DNA from: Eukaryota sp. GEM-RC1
Taxonomy: Eukaryota
Reading direction: 5' to 3'
DNA length: 64,000 nt
Assembly (NCBI GenBank): GCA_040285855.1
Contig: JAUFOQ010000013.1
Span: forward strand, 434,001-498,000
Under the pieces are notes generated by a model that had not been told where the DNA came from, ran no database searches, and saw nothing but the letters and a program-made list of their open reading frames with translations. Every line of letters begins with the position of its first letter. Position 1 is the first letter of the stretch. Made by a program: the position numbers and the translations under genes. Shown piece by piece: positions 51,345 through 63,011 of this stretch.

Positions 51345-53047
51345 ATGGACTGCTTCGTTTGTTGTGAATCGTTCAATCTCTCTAACCGTGTTCCCCTCCT
51401 AATCTGCTGCGAAGGACATACTTGTTGCTCTGAGTGTTCAGAGTCCTTGAATCAATGTCCTCTTTGCCGTAGCGTTTGTCTCCAAGAGAGAAAGATAAAC
51501 TTCGCTCTACAAGACCTAGTCAAAGCCTCTCGCGATGGTGAACTCTGCCCCCAAATTCCATCAGATCAAATCGTCCTCGGAGAGAAGATCGCGGAAGGAG
51601 GTTTTGCTGACGTTTACTCGGCCCATTGGTTCGATCTCCCCGTCGCTATCAAGCTGGTCTCCCTCACCGAGAAAGGACGCATAGAACTCCAGAGGGAAAT
51701 GAATGTTCTCTTCAATCTCAATCATCCTGCTGTTTTACGTGTGTTCGGTACCACCTACTTTGATAATTCCATTTGTATCGTCATGGAATTAGCCTCTTCT
51801 CCCTCCCCCTCCCCAAGTCTTCTCTCTCCAACTACTGTCAGGTACGCTAAAGAACTTTGCCAGGCCGTGAAGTTCCTCCATCTCAAGTCTGTTGTACATG
51901 GAGACTTGAAGCCAGCCAATGTCCTTTTGGTTGATGACCATGTAAGAGTTGCGGATTTTGGCACTTCCAAGAACCTCGCCGCCACAACTCTAGTGACCAG
52001 GGCAAATGCCATGAGTCCCAAGTATGCTGCCCCTGAGCAGTTTGAATCAAATGCTAGTCCCTTTAGTGATATTTATTCACTTGGATTAATACTATATGAA
52101 CTTTTAACTGGACGAGAAGCTTTTGAAGGTTTGTTAATGATGCAGATTTTTGGAGCAAAAGTTCAAGGCAAGCCATTACCTTTTGATGATTCAACACCAG
52201 AATGTTTGAAGGAGATAATAATGAAGTGTTTAAATCCCGATCCATCATTACGACCTCAAATTAATGAAATCACTGATATTTTAAATACTTTGGATGTTTG
52301 GGAAGCTGGTGGTGATAATTTTGACCAATCATTTTTGATTGAAGAAAATGAATCTCTGAAAACTAAAATTGATGATCTCAGTGATGAAGTTTTGAACTTG
52401 AAACATGAAAATTCTAAACTTTTCAATCAAATTCAAAGTATTTCTACTCTGAACAATGAGCTTCACGACAAGGAAAAGTCTTCTAACCAACAAATTTTAA
52501 ATTTGGAAACTGACAATCATTCTTTAAGAGAAGAAATTGAACGTCTTAAATCCGAAATTTTAAAATTCAACTCTCCTAATAATGAAATTCCTCACAAATC
52601 TATTGTGCTACCTTCTTTTGGAAGTTCGCAAGGTTTAATTCCAAAGACAAAGAATAAATTACAACAAGAAATACCTGTAAAAGGGAACTTACTCGTAATT
52701 ATGAAATTGATTTGAGTAAGTTAAAACCTAGATTGAGGAAGGTTTTGGAGGATATGAGCAATGGGTTTGTTAGTGAGGTTAAACTGAGTAACGCTCCTTG
52801 GAATGCTATGGATAACTCTATTGGTACTGAAGGTGCCATTGCATTGGCTGAAGCTTTGAAGGTGAATTCCGCTGTTACTCGGATTGATCTTATGTTTAAC
52901 TCTATTGGTGCTGAAGGTGCCATTGCATTGGCTGAAGCTTTGAAGGTGACTTCTACTGTTATTGGGATTGTTCTTAGGGGTAACTTTGTTGACTATGAGA
53001 CTAGTCAACTCATCAAAAGAATCTCAAATAATCGGATCAGGTTCTAA
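51345..53047 (+). CDS. RING finger - TKL-like protein kinase - coiled coil - LRR protein
   Basis: RING; IAEGGFA, VAIK, HGDLKPAN, DFG, APE; LRRs in ORF 52712 join near 52683. Confidence 0.88.
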
Positions 53048-53477
53048 TTCTCGTTTGTTAACTCACTACGTTTCAATTGATGACGTTTTCTTCTTCCATC
53101 TTCTTCAGTATGTATTCTTATTGAAATATTGTATAAAATTTAGAAAGTTCATTTTCATACAATAAACCTCTTGAAAAATCTTGTTTGTCCTATTGCCAAG
53201 TTTTATAATGATGTTTCAACTTACCACCCTATCATAAACCTATTTAGTCATTTCTGGTGGTGTGTAACTTCGCTCCTGTAGACTTTACTTCACACTAAAC
53301 TTATTGAATTTTGTCTTTGCAACATTCTTCCCATTTGCCGATGTTGTCACTTCTTTTCAGATATATAAACACTTTTAGACATCCATCGTAACTTTGTTTT
53401 TCAAAGCCTCGTTTGAAGTTTAGTGTATCATTGTCATTATCAATTACAAGTAAGTTAAACAACAACTTAATTTATGA

Positions 53478-54665
53478 CTACAATTGAATAACTTTAATCA
53501 ATTCGTTATAAAAATACAAATCACCTTCAAACATTGATTGTAGTTTTTCCTTCCGTTCATCTTCAGTCATTGCTAAAAAACTAGAATAATTGTTAGCAAA
53601 GTACCTCTTCTTCACTGTTTTCCTTAGCTCCTCCATGTCTTTCCCCTCACTTCTACCACTTGAAACTAACACACAAAACCTCAGCAACTCACAGCATCGT
53701 CTTATTTGATCCACTGAAATACACAACTTTTTCGATATCTCCTCAAACTTCTGACAATGGGGATAAACTTCCTTTTCAAAATCCTGAATCTTAAAACCAT
53801 TAGATTTCAATAAACTACAATCATACAAGTCTCGCACCATCACCAAATCATCCGACGGTGACTCTACAATCACCTGTGAAGCTCCCATTGACGTCGCGTG
53901 ACCATACAACACTGAGAGAAGCTTCGAAGCCAGTCCCAGTCTTCTAAAGGGAGGAATAATGAATACTTGAGAAAGACGAAGTAGAAAAGAATCTGGGTAT
54001 TTAAAGAACTTGTAAGCTGTCATTGCACCAACGAACGAGTGTCTAAAGTCATTGTCGTTAGTCCGTTCTCTTCTTAAGACATAGAAACAGACCCAATCAG
54101 GATCGTCCAAGTCAATAGTACTGAACTCATCAATGTAGAAGAACATTAAAGACTCAATCCTTTTGTGGTAAGGCCATAGTTCAACTGTTTGAGCTATGGA
54201 ACATGATGTGATAATGAACTCTTGGTCTTTGTGAGTGTAGGAAGCTACTTCTTTAGTGTATTGAAGAAAGGGACAAGTAGAGTTGGAGTCAAAAGAGGCC
54301 TCGAAAGCAGGAAAGGAGGTGTAGACAGGAAGGCAATCCTCATCTGGAGATAGAACAGTAGTTAAAGAAGAATGGACATCTGTATGTTCTTCTTCTTCTT
54401 TGTCAAAGGAGAAGTCGTAGTAACAGTGCATGTTGGAGCCGTTGAGACAGAGAGTAATTATTGGGTTTTCGTATCCAATGATAGATTCTTGAATACCAAA
54501 GACTTGATGAGTCATATCAGGATGGAAGGATGGCGTTGGAGAAGTTTTGTCAAGGAAGAGTTTCAAAAACATGGCTGTGTTTGCATCTACGCCAACATGT
54601 TCCTCTTCAGAATCAGATGGTGCAGAAGAAGAAGCAGCAGCAGCTTTGAGGGGAGTTTGAGACAT
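53478..54665 (-). CDS. HAT1: Histone acetyltransferase type B catalytic subunit
   Basis: FHPDMTHQVFG..ESIIGY, RLSQVFIIPPFRRLG, VESPS. Confidence 0.88.
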   Translation of the reverse strand: MSQTPLKAAAASSSAPSDSEEEHVGVDANTAMFLKLFLDKTSPTPSFHPDMTHQVFGIQESIIGYENPIITLCLNGSNMHCYYDFSFDKEEEEHTDVHSSLTTVLSPDEDCLPVYTSFPAFEASFDSNSTCPFLQYTKEVASYTHKDQEFIITSCSIAQTVELWPYHKRIESLMFFYIDEFSTIDLDDPDWVCFYVLRRERTNDNDFRHSFVGAMTAYKFFKYPDSFLLRLSQVFIIPPFRRLGLASKLLSVLYGHATSMGASQVIVESPSDDLVMVRDLYDCSLLKSNGFKIQDFEKEVYPHCQKFEEISKKLCISVDQIRRCCELLRFCVLVSSGRSEGKDMEELRKTVKKRYFANNYSSFLAMTEDERKEKLQSMFEGDLYFYNELIKVIQL

Positions 54666-55328
54666 TGAGTTGTGTATTACAAGTTAAACAACCAAAACAA
54701 TCGTTTATACAAGTCAATTCTAGATCATCTCATTGTAGGTTTGGTTTCAATGGGATTGTGCATGCACTACCTTATCTTTTCTTGTTAAGTCTAAGGTTGT
54801 TGTCTTCTATGGGATCACTGTCAGAGATAGATGTGTAGTTTAGCTGATGTTGTTCATCTTCTTCAACAGCATTTGCTCGTTGTGCTTTATCTCGCAGTTG
54901 TAACAATATATTTTTGAAAACACACACTAGCAGTTAAGTGAAACAAAAAGACAAAAATATTCACAAATTTCAGTAAAAAAAATGCATGTACATTGAAGGT
55001 GCAATTTCAAATTCAGAAGTTTAATTAACACTTCTACGGTGAACTCTCAGTAGTTCTTTCACAAAGAAACAATGGCGATTCATAGCGGAGTGTGTTCAGT
55101 GTTTGGAAATGGTCAAAAGTAAATGAGGTTCGTGGTAAAATACCATAGAATTTGTTTTGTAGAACTAGAATCGTAATTCACCATTCTTACCTTGTTCCTT
55201 TCTACTAGAATAACAGATCAAAATGCACTGTACACTGTAGACGACAAAGTTAATTCCGAAAAATAGATTAATTTAATTAAACACAAAACAACACAGAAAC
55301 AAAATACACATCAAGAAGTAAAGCTTAA

Positions 55329-56611
55329 TTACACAATACGATCATTGGAGATTCTCTTGATCTCTTCATAGGTAGTGGAATCGATACCGTTATTGTCCAA
55401 AGACAAATCAGTAACGGAAGAATTGGTCTTCAAGCTTTCAGCCAATGCCATCGCCCCTTCACGACAAATATAGTTGCTTTCTAAATTAAGTTCAACAAGT
55501 GTTGAATTGACTTTCAGCAACTCAGCCACTGACAATGCACCTGCACACTCAATTGCGTTGCTCCCAAGGAATAACACAGAAATTGAGCGATTCAGTTTCA
55601 ATCCTTCGACCAAAGCCCTAACACCTTCATTAAAAAGAGAGTTATTCTCAATTTGAAGAACGGAAAGGGTGGAGGTAATCATTAACGCTTCAGCTAATTG
55701 CACCGCATTGTCACTGCCAATACCGTTATTATACAAATAAAGTTCAGAAATGGTTGAATTTACTTTCAAAGCTGCAGCGAGCTCACGAATACCGATCTTG
55801 CTGAAAGGTTGTGCTCCACAGAAACTGAAGTAATTGTGGAATTGAACTTTAAAGTATTGGCAAATGAACAGATTCCATCATTACCAAGAGAGTTTCTCAT
55901 AAGAGTAATCTCAGTAACTGTGGAATTTCCTTTCAAGCCTTCAGATAATGCCACTGGTCCCTCGTTGACAACATTTTTAAGTGGATCATTTGAATCCTCA
56001 GAGAAATCGATTCTTTCTTCAACAGAAAGGACCAAACGTTTGAGGCGAGGAAAATAGTGAGGGGACGAGGCCTTGAGAAAATCGTAATTGAGGACACATT
56101 CTGAACTTAAGCTTAGCTCAGTAATGGTGTCATAAGAAGTAGCCATGGTTTGATAATCAAATTGTCCAAATACTTCTAGGAAAACAGATTCTAGCTTAGC
56201 ACCAAAGTGAGAAGATATGGAAGAAAGAGTATGGAGTTCATCGTAATTGACAGGAAATGTGGTTGTCTTGAAGAACTGCTTAACTGCAGAAACAGCAGAT
56301 TCAAAGAAAAATTGACTTACAAAAGCAAATTCGTCAAAGAAAGTGTACAGTTCATCGAGTAAGCTAAATACAGAATGACAAGGGCCAGTTTCAATAGCTT
56401 CCAAAGAAGACTTGGCGACACGTGTAGCCAATTTGGAGTAAACAAGTACTAATAAGGACTCCTGGAACTTGATATGTTTAGTGGAATATTGAAGGACAGA
56501 TGACGACGAGGTATCAGGCTTCACGAACATGACCGACAAGAAAAGAATGAACTACCGATATGTTGATACTGGGGAGTGTGAAACACGCAGAATTGGAGTT
56601 GAAAATTCCAT
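55329..56611 (-). CDS. Ribonuclease-inhibitor/NLRC3-type LRR protein
   Basis: Multiple 28-aa LKxNSTxxxLxLxxNxI repeats; ORFs 55766 and 55329 join near 55805; probable ATG 56611. Confidence 0.8.
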
Positions 56612-56661
56612 TGTTTTGGCAGGAAGATTTGTGAGCTCATTTCTAGAACACAATTGCTTTA

Positions 56662-57449
56662 ATGGAGGACTATAACATCACCAATGCGTCGCTGAAGCGG
56701 TTCAACACCATAATGGGTTTCCTACATCTGCTTCAAGGAATCTTAATGCTGTGTTTTGCATTGTTTATTGAACGTATCGCAGCCTTCAAAATCCCCATAT
56801 GGTCCTACTTTCTGACCTTTGACAAAGTCCAGCAGCGTCTGATCACTGACCCCAAACTTCTTTGGGAAGTTCCCTTTGGAATAGCGGTCTCCCTCTTCTT
56901 ACTCATGTCAGCAATTGCCCATTTCATCATTGTTAGCCCTTGGGGAAATCGTATCTACAACCAGGACCTCAACCGTAGAATGAATCGCTTCCGTTGGTAT
57001 GAATACGCAATTAGTTCATCATTGATGATCGTTCTGATAGCCATGTTATTCGGAGTTTATGGTATTGGCGCTTTGATGTTGATTGTTGCTGCAAATGCTT
57101 CCATGAACCTATTTGGACTACTAATGGAAGAAATCAACCAGTATACAGAAAAAACTAACTGGAAACCTTTCTTTTCGGTAGCATTGCTGGTCTTGTACCA
57201 TGGATTGTCATTTTTCTATATGCTTTTGGTAACGCTGATCCTGCTGAAGTTCCTTGGTTTGTGTGGGCACTGGTTGGGTTTTACTTTGTATTCTTCAATT
57301 TATTCCCCATTAATATGATCTTGCAGTACAAGAGAGTTGGTAAGTGGAAGAGTTATGTGTATGGAGAACGTGGTTATATTATCCTGAGTCTTGTAGCCAA
57401 GTCTGTACTCGCATGGATCGCATTCGCAGGGGTAATGCAACCTAACTAA
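56662..57449 (+). CDS. Heliorhodopsin
   Basis: HLLQG, SAIAH, RWYEYAISSSLM, GERGYIILSLVAK (retinal Lys); one T added near 57172 restores FGSIAGLVPW..VPWFVW and 7 TMs. Confidence 0.93.
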
Positions 57450-58109
57450 CCGATGAATTCGACAAAGTACGGCCTACTTTATTTCAAAAATACATATTTT
57501 TAATTTTTCCATCTTTTTTGGTCTAGGCTCCCGTGTCTATTAAGTGGATTCTTAAAACTTCCGGTACACGAACATTGTTCTTGCATCTACTTTGGCGACG
57601 GACAAACAGTCTAGATCTTATGCTTGTTTTGTATATAATGATTCAACTCAATTAATAGAATGGTACAGTGTGTTTATTCGATATAGAGTAACACTCTAAT
57701 GACGTTTAGTGACGCTATAAACAGGATTGACTGTTCTACTTACAGAGTCCACTGTACGACGCCAACGACCAATACCTAATCACAAAAACACTATTGCAAA
57801 CAACTCAATCCTGAGAGATGTGATCGACATTATTAATATCCAAAAATTAAAGTCAAAAAGAAGTGCATACTCGACACTCAAACAGTTCCAGATGAAACAC
57901 ATGCTGGTTCCAAGATGTAAAATAGAGTCACTTTTGTTGTAGAATAGGATGTATTTGATGTACTCCATTATTTGTTGTGCTTTGAGCTACAGTCTGAGCT
58001 TTTGAGATAGATATTTTTTTTGAAAAGCATTTATTCGAAAATAAAAAAAAAGATGATCTAATACTCAATGTCATCAAAACAAGATTCCTTCGAATCGAAC
58101 CTTGTTGAA

Positions 58110-58410
58110 GCTTTGTCTTCATAAAACACACTTAGGGATAACAAAGCTTTGGAAATCATTGTGTGAACTGCCTTTAGAATCGTAAAGACAATTCGGTTCT
58201 GCCAAAAAAAAACGATCAAATATTTTGTTAGTTCTACGAGCTACAACCTTTGTTAATTCATCAAGGAACTTCAAGGCCAATTTGCCTAATCTACCATAAA
58301 TGGAAATCGCGGGACAAGTGAATATTCAACATGGACAATGTGTTTCAGGTCTTTCAAAGGATCATCATACTTTCTTTGCTTGTTAATTTCAGCAATGTCT
58401 AAAGGTAGAT
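58110..58410 (-). mobile_element. CRE-like retrotransposon 3' relic
   Basis: PLDIAEINKQRKY, ISIYGRLG, WQNRIVFTI. Confidence 0.7.
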
Positions 58411-58875
58411 AGATATTCCTACTCAAATAATAGAACTTGATGATTGTTTCATTTAGTGATCACACCACGTCACAAATTAATATTATTTTCGTCGAAAGAA
58501 ATTTGAAACCACTCATCGAAGTGTATCGAGTCGATTGAGCCTTATTTTTATTGTGTATCAGGATGCAAAACAATGTGAAGCTATTCACCATCAACAAAGT
58601 CTTATGAAACACTAAGATGAAAATGTTTGATGTCAAATCTAAATGTGATTTGTAACCACAATTTTCAGTTTTCTAACACTGACACAACACGACACTTCTT
58701 TTAAAAAAGCAAGAAATGTTCTATATAAATTTGAATACCATTTTAAATGACTCATCATGTCTTTGTAGAAAGTTTGAGACCGTCCTACGCCATTTTATCA
58801 AATTCAGTTTCAAATTTGGGAAATGAATTTGTTTCGAAGATTTTCAATTTTCTCTCCCTCTGTTGTTTGATTCCG

Positions 58876-59938
58876 ATGTCTTCCACTCTAATCTATATTG
58901 ATGCAGACAACTTCGACTTTCGTCACGCTGCTGCACTGCTAGATGCCTTACGTAATCTATTTGGCTTTGAAGCTGTTATTTCACCTTTCCACTCATCAAA
59001 CGAGGTTAAACCTCATCCTAAGCAAAAGGAAAGTGCTGAAGCTTGGACTGTTGCCTGCGGTTCTGTTGGACTTGAACTGCAACGTGTTCAACCTGCAAAT
59101 GGACTCAAGAACTCAGCTGATATCGCTCTGGTTGTGCAGATTTTCAAAGATCTCTTCTGTACGAATCGTTATACTGACAGTCAACGTAAAGATCTCACTA
59201 TCGTCATTGCTAGCGGAGATTCTGATTTCTATCATGTCATCAATGCTCTGCGCCACGTTGTTAAAAGAATAATCATCTGTGGCAAGAACCAGATCAACGA
59301 ACGCTACAAAAACACAACCAGATTCATTGCTTATGAAACTCTCATTGGGGTTAACCAGAAACAACCCTTACAAAAAAGCCAAGGACTTCATAGCCTCTGT
59401 TCTAAAATCTTTGTCCGGAAATGCCTCACTTACAATAGATGATGTTGAACATCATCTTGTTAATCGCGACCTCTCTTATTGGCCCATGAATTATGGATGT
59501 AAGACCACCTCAGATCTACTTGCTAAGTTCTCCGTTCTCATTGGAGATCAACCTGTTTCTGCTCACTCAATTCTCCAGACCTTAAAAACAGGGAGACGTA
59601 CTCCTCCCCGTGTCGTTTCTCCACGTCCTTTATCTCCTGTCGCAAACACACACAACAAATCATATTGTATAGGTCCTACCTTTCCTGGTTACGATCCAGG
59701 ATATACCCCTCCACTTGTTAATCCTGTGGATAAGCCTTCGCAACATCACCCAAAGTCAGACAAAAAACAGATCAACATCAGATCACAAACTGGAGGATGT
59801 CCCCAAGATCATATTACCAATCCGCATCCAGACGGTTTCCCAAGACAACCTTCTCCAGTTGAACGACATATTAATAACCCATTTGTTCCTGAACGAAAGC
59901 CAGAAAAGAGGAAAATCTGTATAAATCTCGATGATTAG
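58876..59938 (+). CDS. NYN (LabA/DUF88) domain + OST-HTH/LOTUS protein with Pro-rich tail
   Basis: YIDADN, KNSADIAL, SGDSDF; YWPMNYGCKTTSDLL; frameshift near 59372. Confidence 0.8.
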
Positions 59939-60225
59939 TAATTGTTGAGTGTAAAGTCTATCATTAGAAGAGCTCAGTGTTTGGATAATGCTGCCTTGTA
60001 TCTATTTTAGTACTACTCGATATAAAACTATAATTAAAATATTCATGGATTATTGTTAATGGCTTACATTTGAAATTTGAATGTCGCGTCACTATTGATT
60101 ATTGCTGAGGTTTTCCGTTTGATTTCCAGTTTTATACAATGTTATCAACACACTGTTAAAAGTCATAAATATAATATTATTCAGGAAACGAAAACTACAA
60201 GATTAAACTATATTTTACAAATCAA

Positions 60226-61424
60226 TCAATGCAATGATACAGGTTGACGAATCATTTTAACTAATATTACCAAGTGAATTAAAGTGACAGCAAATGATGA
60301 CTCAGCACTTGAAGGATACACGATCCAACAAGTGTCAAGAAGATAAAACAAAAGAAATGCAAAAATGAATGATTTCTTGGAGTGAACATGATCAAACAGA
60401 ACAAACAATAAACAATATACATACCAAACGTAGAATTGAGGATGTAGAGAACGAGCAAAAACAATTCCAATCAAATTTGATTGCATTAATATCACGACGA
60501 TATCTCTTGGGTTCTGTGGGGTTGGAATATTACCTACGATCAAACGGAAAACTTTTAATTTGCCCCATTTGAAAAGAGGAAAATTAAAAGGAACCCTAAA
60601 TGTAAAGCTAACAGGACTAATCCAAATTGTTCACTAGTAAAAACAGCAGGATTTAAAAATTTCCAATTTACAGTCCATTTAAAAGTAAAAACTCGGGAGA
60701 ATTCAAATGCTTTTGATATATATCCCGAATAGTTTTCTTTCAAAAACGGATAAGCCAACATTACTTGCACAGCGAAAATATTGAACAAATAATTAAATAT
60801 TTTGAAAACATTTCCCTTTTCGAAAGCTAAAACAAGGAAGAATCCAGGTAGAAACAACAATCCAGACATTTTAATAGAAATAGCAAGAGAAAAACAAAGA
60901 GAAGCTAACCAAAACTTCTTCTTTGCAGTAAGATAGACAGCTAAGAGACAAAGCAGAGCCATGGGGGCGTCATTAAACAACCGTAGGACCCAGATCGAAT
61001 GGAGACGGATAGACACTGTGAGAAGAAGTAGAATGGCTGGGGGAAGGTTGCACATTCTGAGAAGGAGAGAGACAATGAGAAGGGTTAGGAGGGATAGAAA
61101 GGCAAAGAGATACTGGATGGGGAGGAAGTTTGCGCCTCCATTGGTGATGTAGTAGAAGAGAGAGTAGAGGTAGACAAAGCCTGCAGGGTATACTAGGGGA
61201 CCAGTATCTCCTCTCATTAGTGGATAGTCTTTAACACCACCGAGGAATCCATCGGGAGCACCAACTTCTTGCATGTAAGCTGTCCAATCGATATCGGTGA
61301 AGGGGACGAAATGTATGATGAAGACATTGACTGCAAGATCGAAAGCAAGTGACAACAATGTGATGAATAACCAGCTTCTCTTACTGGAGATCCATGAAGT
61401 GAATGAGTTGTTGAGTTGACCCAT
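60226..61424 (-). CDS. ALG3: Dol-P-Man:Man5GlcNAc2-PP-Dol alpha-1,3-mannosyltransferase
   Basis: TDIDWTAYM, GDTGPLVYPAG, LRLFND, KWTVNWKF, FARSLHPQFYVWY; frameshift near 60565. Confidence 0.93.
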
Positions 61425-62231
61425 ATGATTTGAAAACTTATTAGTGTTGACAATACTGTATTACTGTATTAAGACTCTTTGCATTGAGACACGAATGTGA
61501 GATGGTGTACCCGTATTAGAGTCTCTTATGTTAATATCGATGATATTCTTTATTTGTAATTGTAATTAAAAGGCGTTTTTAATGATTTATTTTGACAGTT
61601 CTACTGCATTGTATAACACTTACATGTCATATATTACTAGTACACTATAGAACCAATCGCTATCAGGAAACTCAATCGTATGTATGTTAGGATCCAACAA
61701 AATGATTCAAACTCGAATATACGTTCCGGATAATCAATCTAAGGCAGGAGCAATCACCGGCAATTACTTTCACTAAGAACATTTCTGATAGAGCAACACT
61801 ATACTCGAAGCTCCATCGTCGCCACAGTTGTTCTAGGTCTTTTCGAAGTTCTTAAGGCACGCATGACTGGTCTTTACCTTCTTGATATCGTGATTGATTG
61901 TCGTGTTGAATTTTGTCAATATACCCAATGTTGTCTGGTAACTTGTAAATTTACATTTTCTCTATAACAATAGATGAAATACATTAGTATACGTACATGT
62001 ACAATAGTTCTAAAACATGAAGAAAATTTTGTCTAGTGAGCTGAATTACTCCTTAATTTCTTTAAAACTCAGTACATATACCGTTTTCCATTTGGTTGAT
62101 TCTTCTACAATGTAGTTGAAATCTTCTATAAGCAGCTATAAAAAAATTAACAATGGTAGATCAATGGGAAATCGAGAGGTGTATAATATCCGAAATGTGC
62201 AATTTGAAAGTCAGTACTGTACAGTAATGGC

Positions 62232-62980
62232 TAGGAATGTTAAATAGTTCAGTTCAGTTAAAAAAAATTGTGAACTGAACTATATGAACTGGAGCAAATA
62301 TACCATTGTTTCCACAATGATATACCTAAGATCAAATCAACAAGTCATCAACAAGTACATGTAGTACACAATCGTTGCAAAGTTTAATAAAGCATCATGT
62401 GAAAAACACACTGTAATTAGACATCAGCAATTAACCATGAGTGCAAGCAAACATGCGATAGAACGGAATCATCACTTAACCGGGGTCTTTTTTTACATGC
62501 AATCAGTCCTGCAAGTAAAAACAAACGCTCAGACGCAACACTACTGGCTTGAATTGTTGCATTTCTCCAGCAAAGCGTTGACAATCTAGGGTAGACGTTG
62601 TGATATAAGGTCCAATAGTGTAAAGGACTGGATGAAACATCACAAGTAGCTTCTGTGATATACTTGTTAAACACTTGCTTTCGACGATCTTCTTCTTTTT
62701 CTGCTACTTCTTCCGCTTTCGGCTCTTCGCTGTAAATTTACCATTAAGAAAGGTAAATTTACCTAAAAAAACGGTAAATTTGATGTTTATACACTTACGT
62801 TCTTACGTGGCTTTTAGTTGACCATTTCATAACACTATTGGGATACTTCATCCTACGTTCCTTATATGTGGTAAAAAAGTGTGTTTATGTAGTAATAAAA
62901 AAATGGAATAAAATGTAAGTTCATTTAGTTCAGTTCAGTTCACGGAGGTGTGAACTGAACTGTACTAATTAAAATTCCTA
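62232..62980 (-). mobile_element. Internally deleted hAT transposon retaining the dimerisation domain (62417..62674)
   Basis: TIR TAGGAAT(G/T)TTAA(A/T)TAGT(T/A)CAGTTCAGTT; 8-bp TSD GTAATGGC/GTAATTGC; YW..YPRL..ASSVASERLF..RPRL motif. Confidence 0.92.
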
Positions 62981-63011
62981 GTAATTGCTTTTAACTAAAT
63001 TTCTTGGTCGT

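Noticed and set aside
6412..54665. Functional chromatin/transcription cluster (histones, TBP-like, TFIIF-like, HAT1)
   Set aside because: Spread over 48 kb among unrelated genes; co-location beyond the histone quartet may be chance
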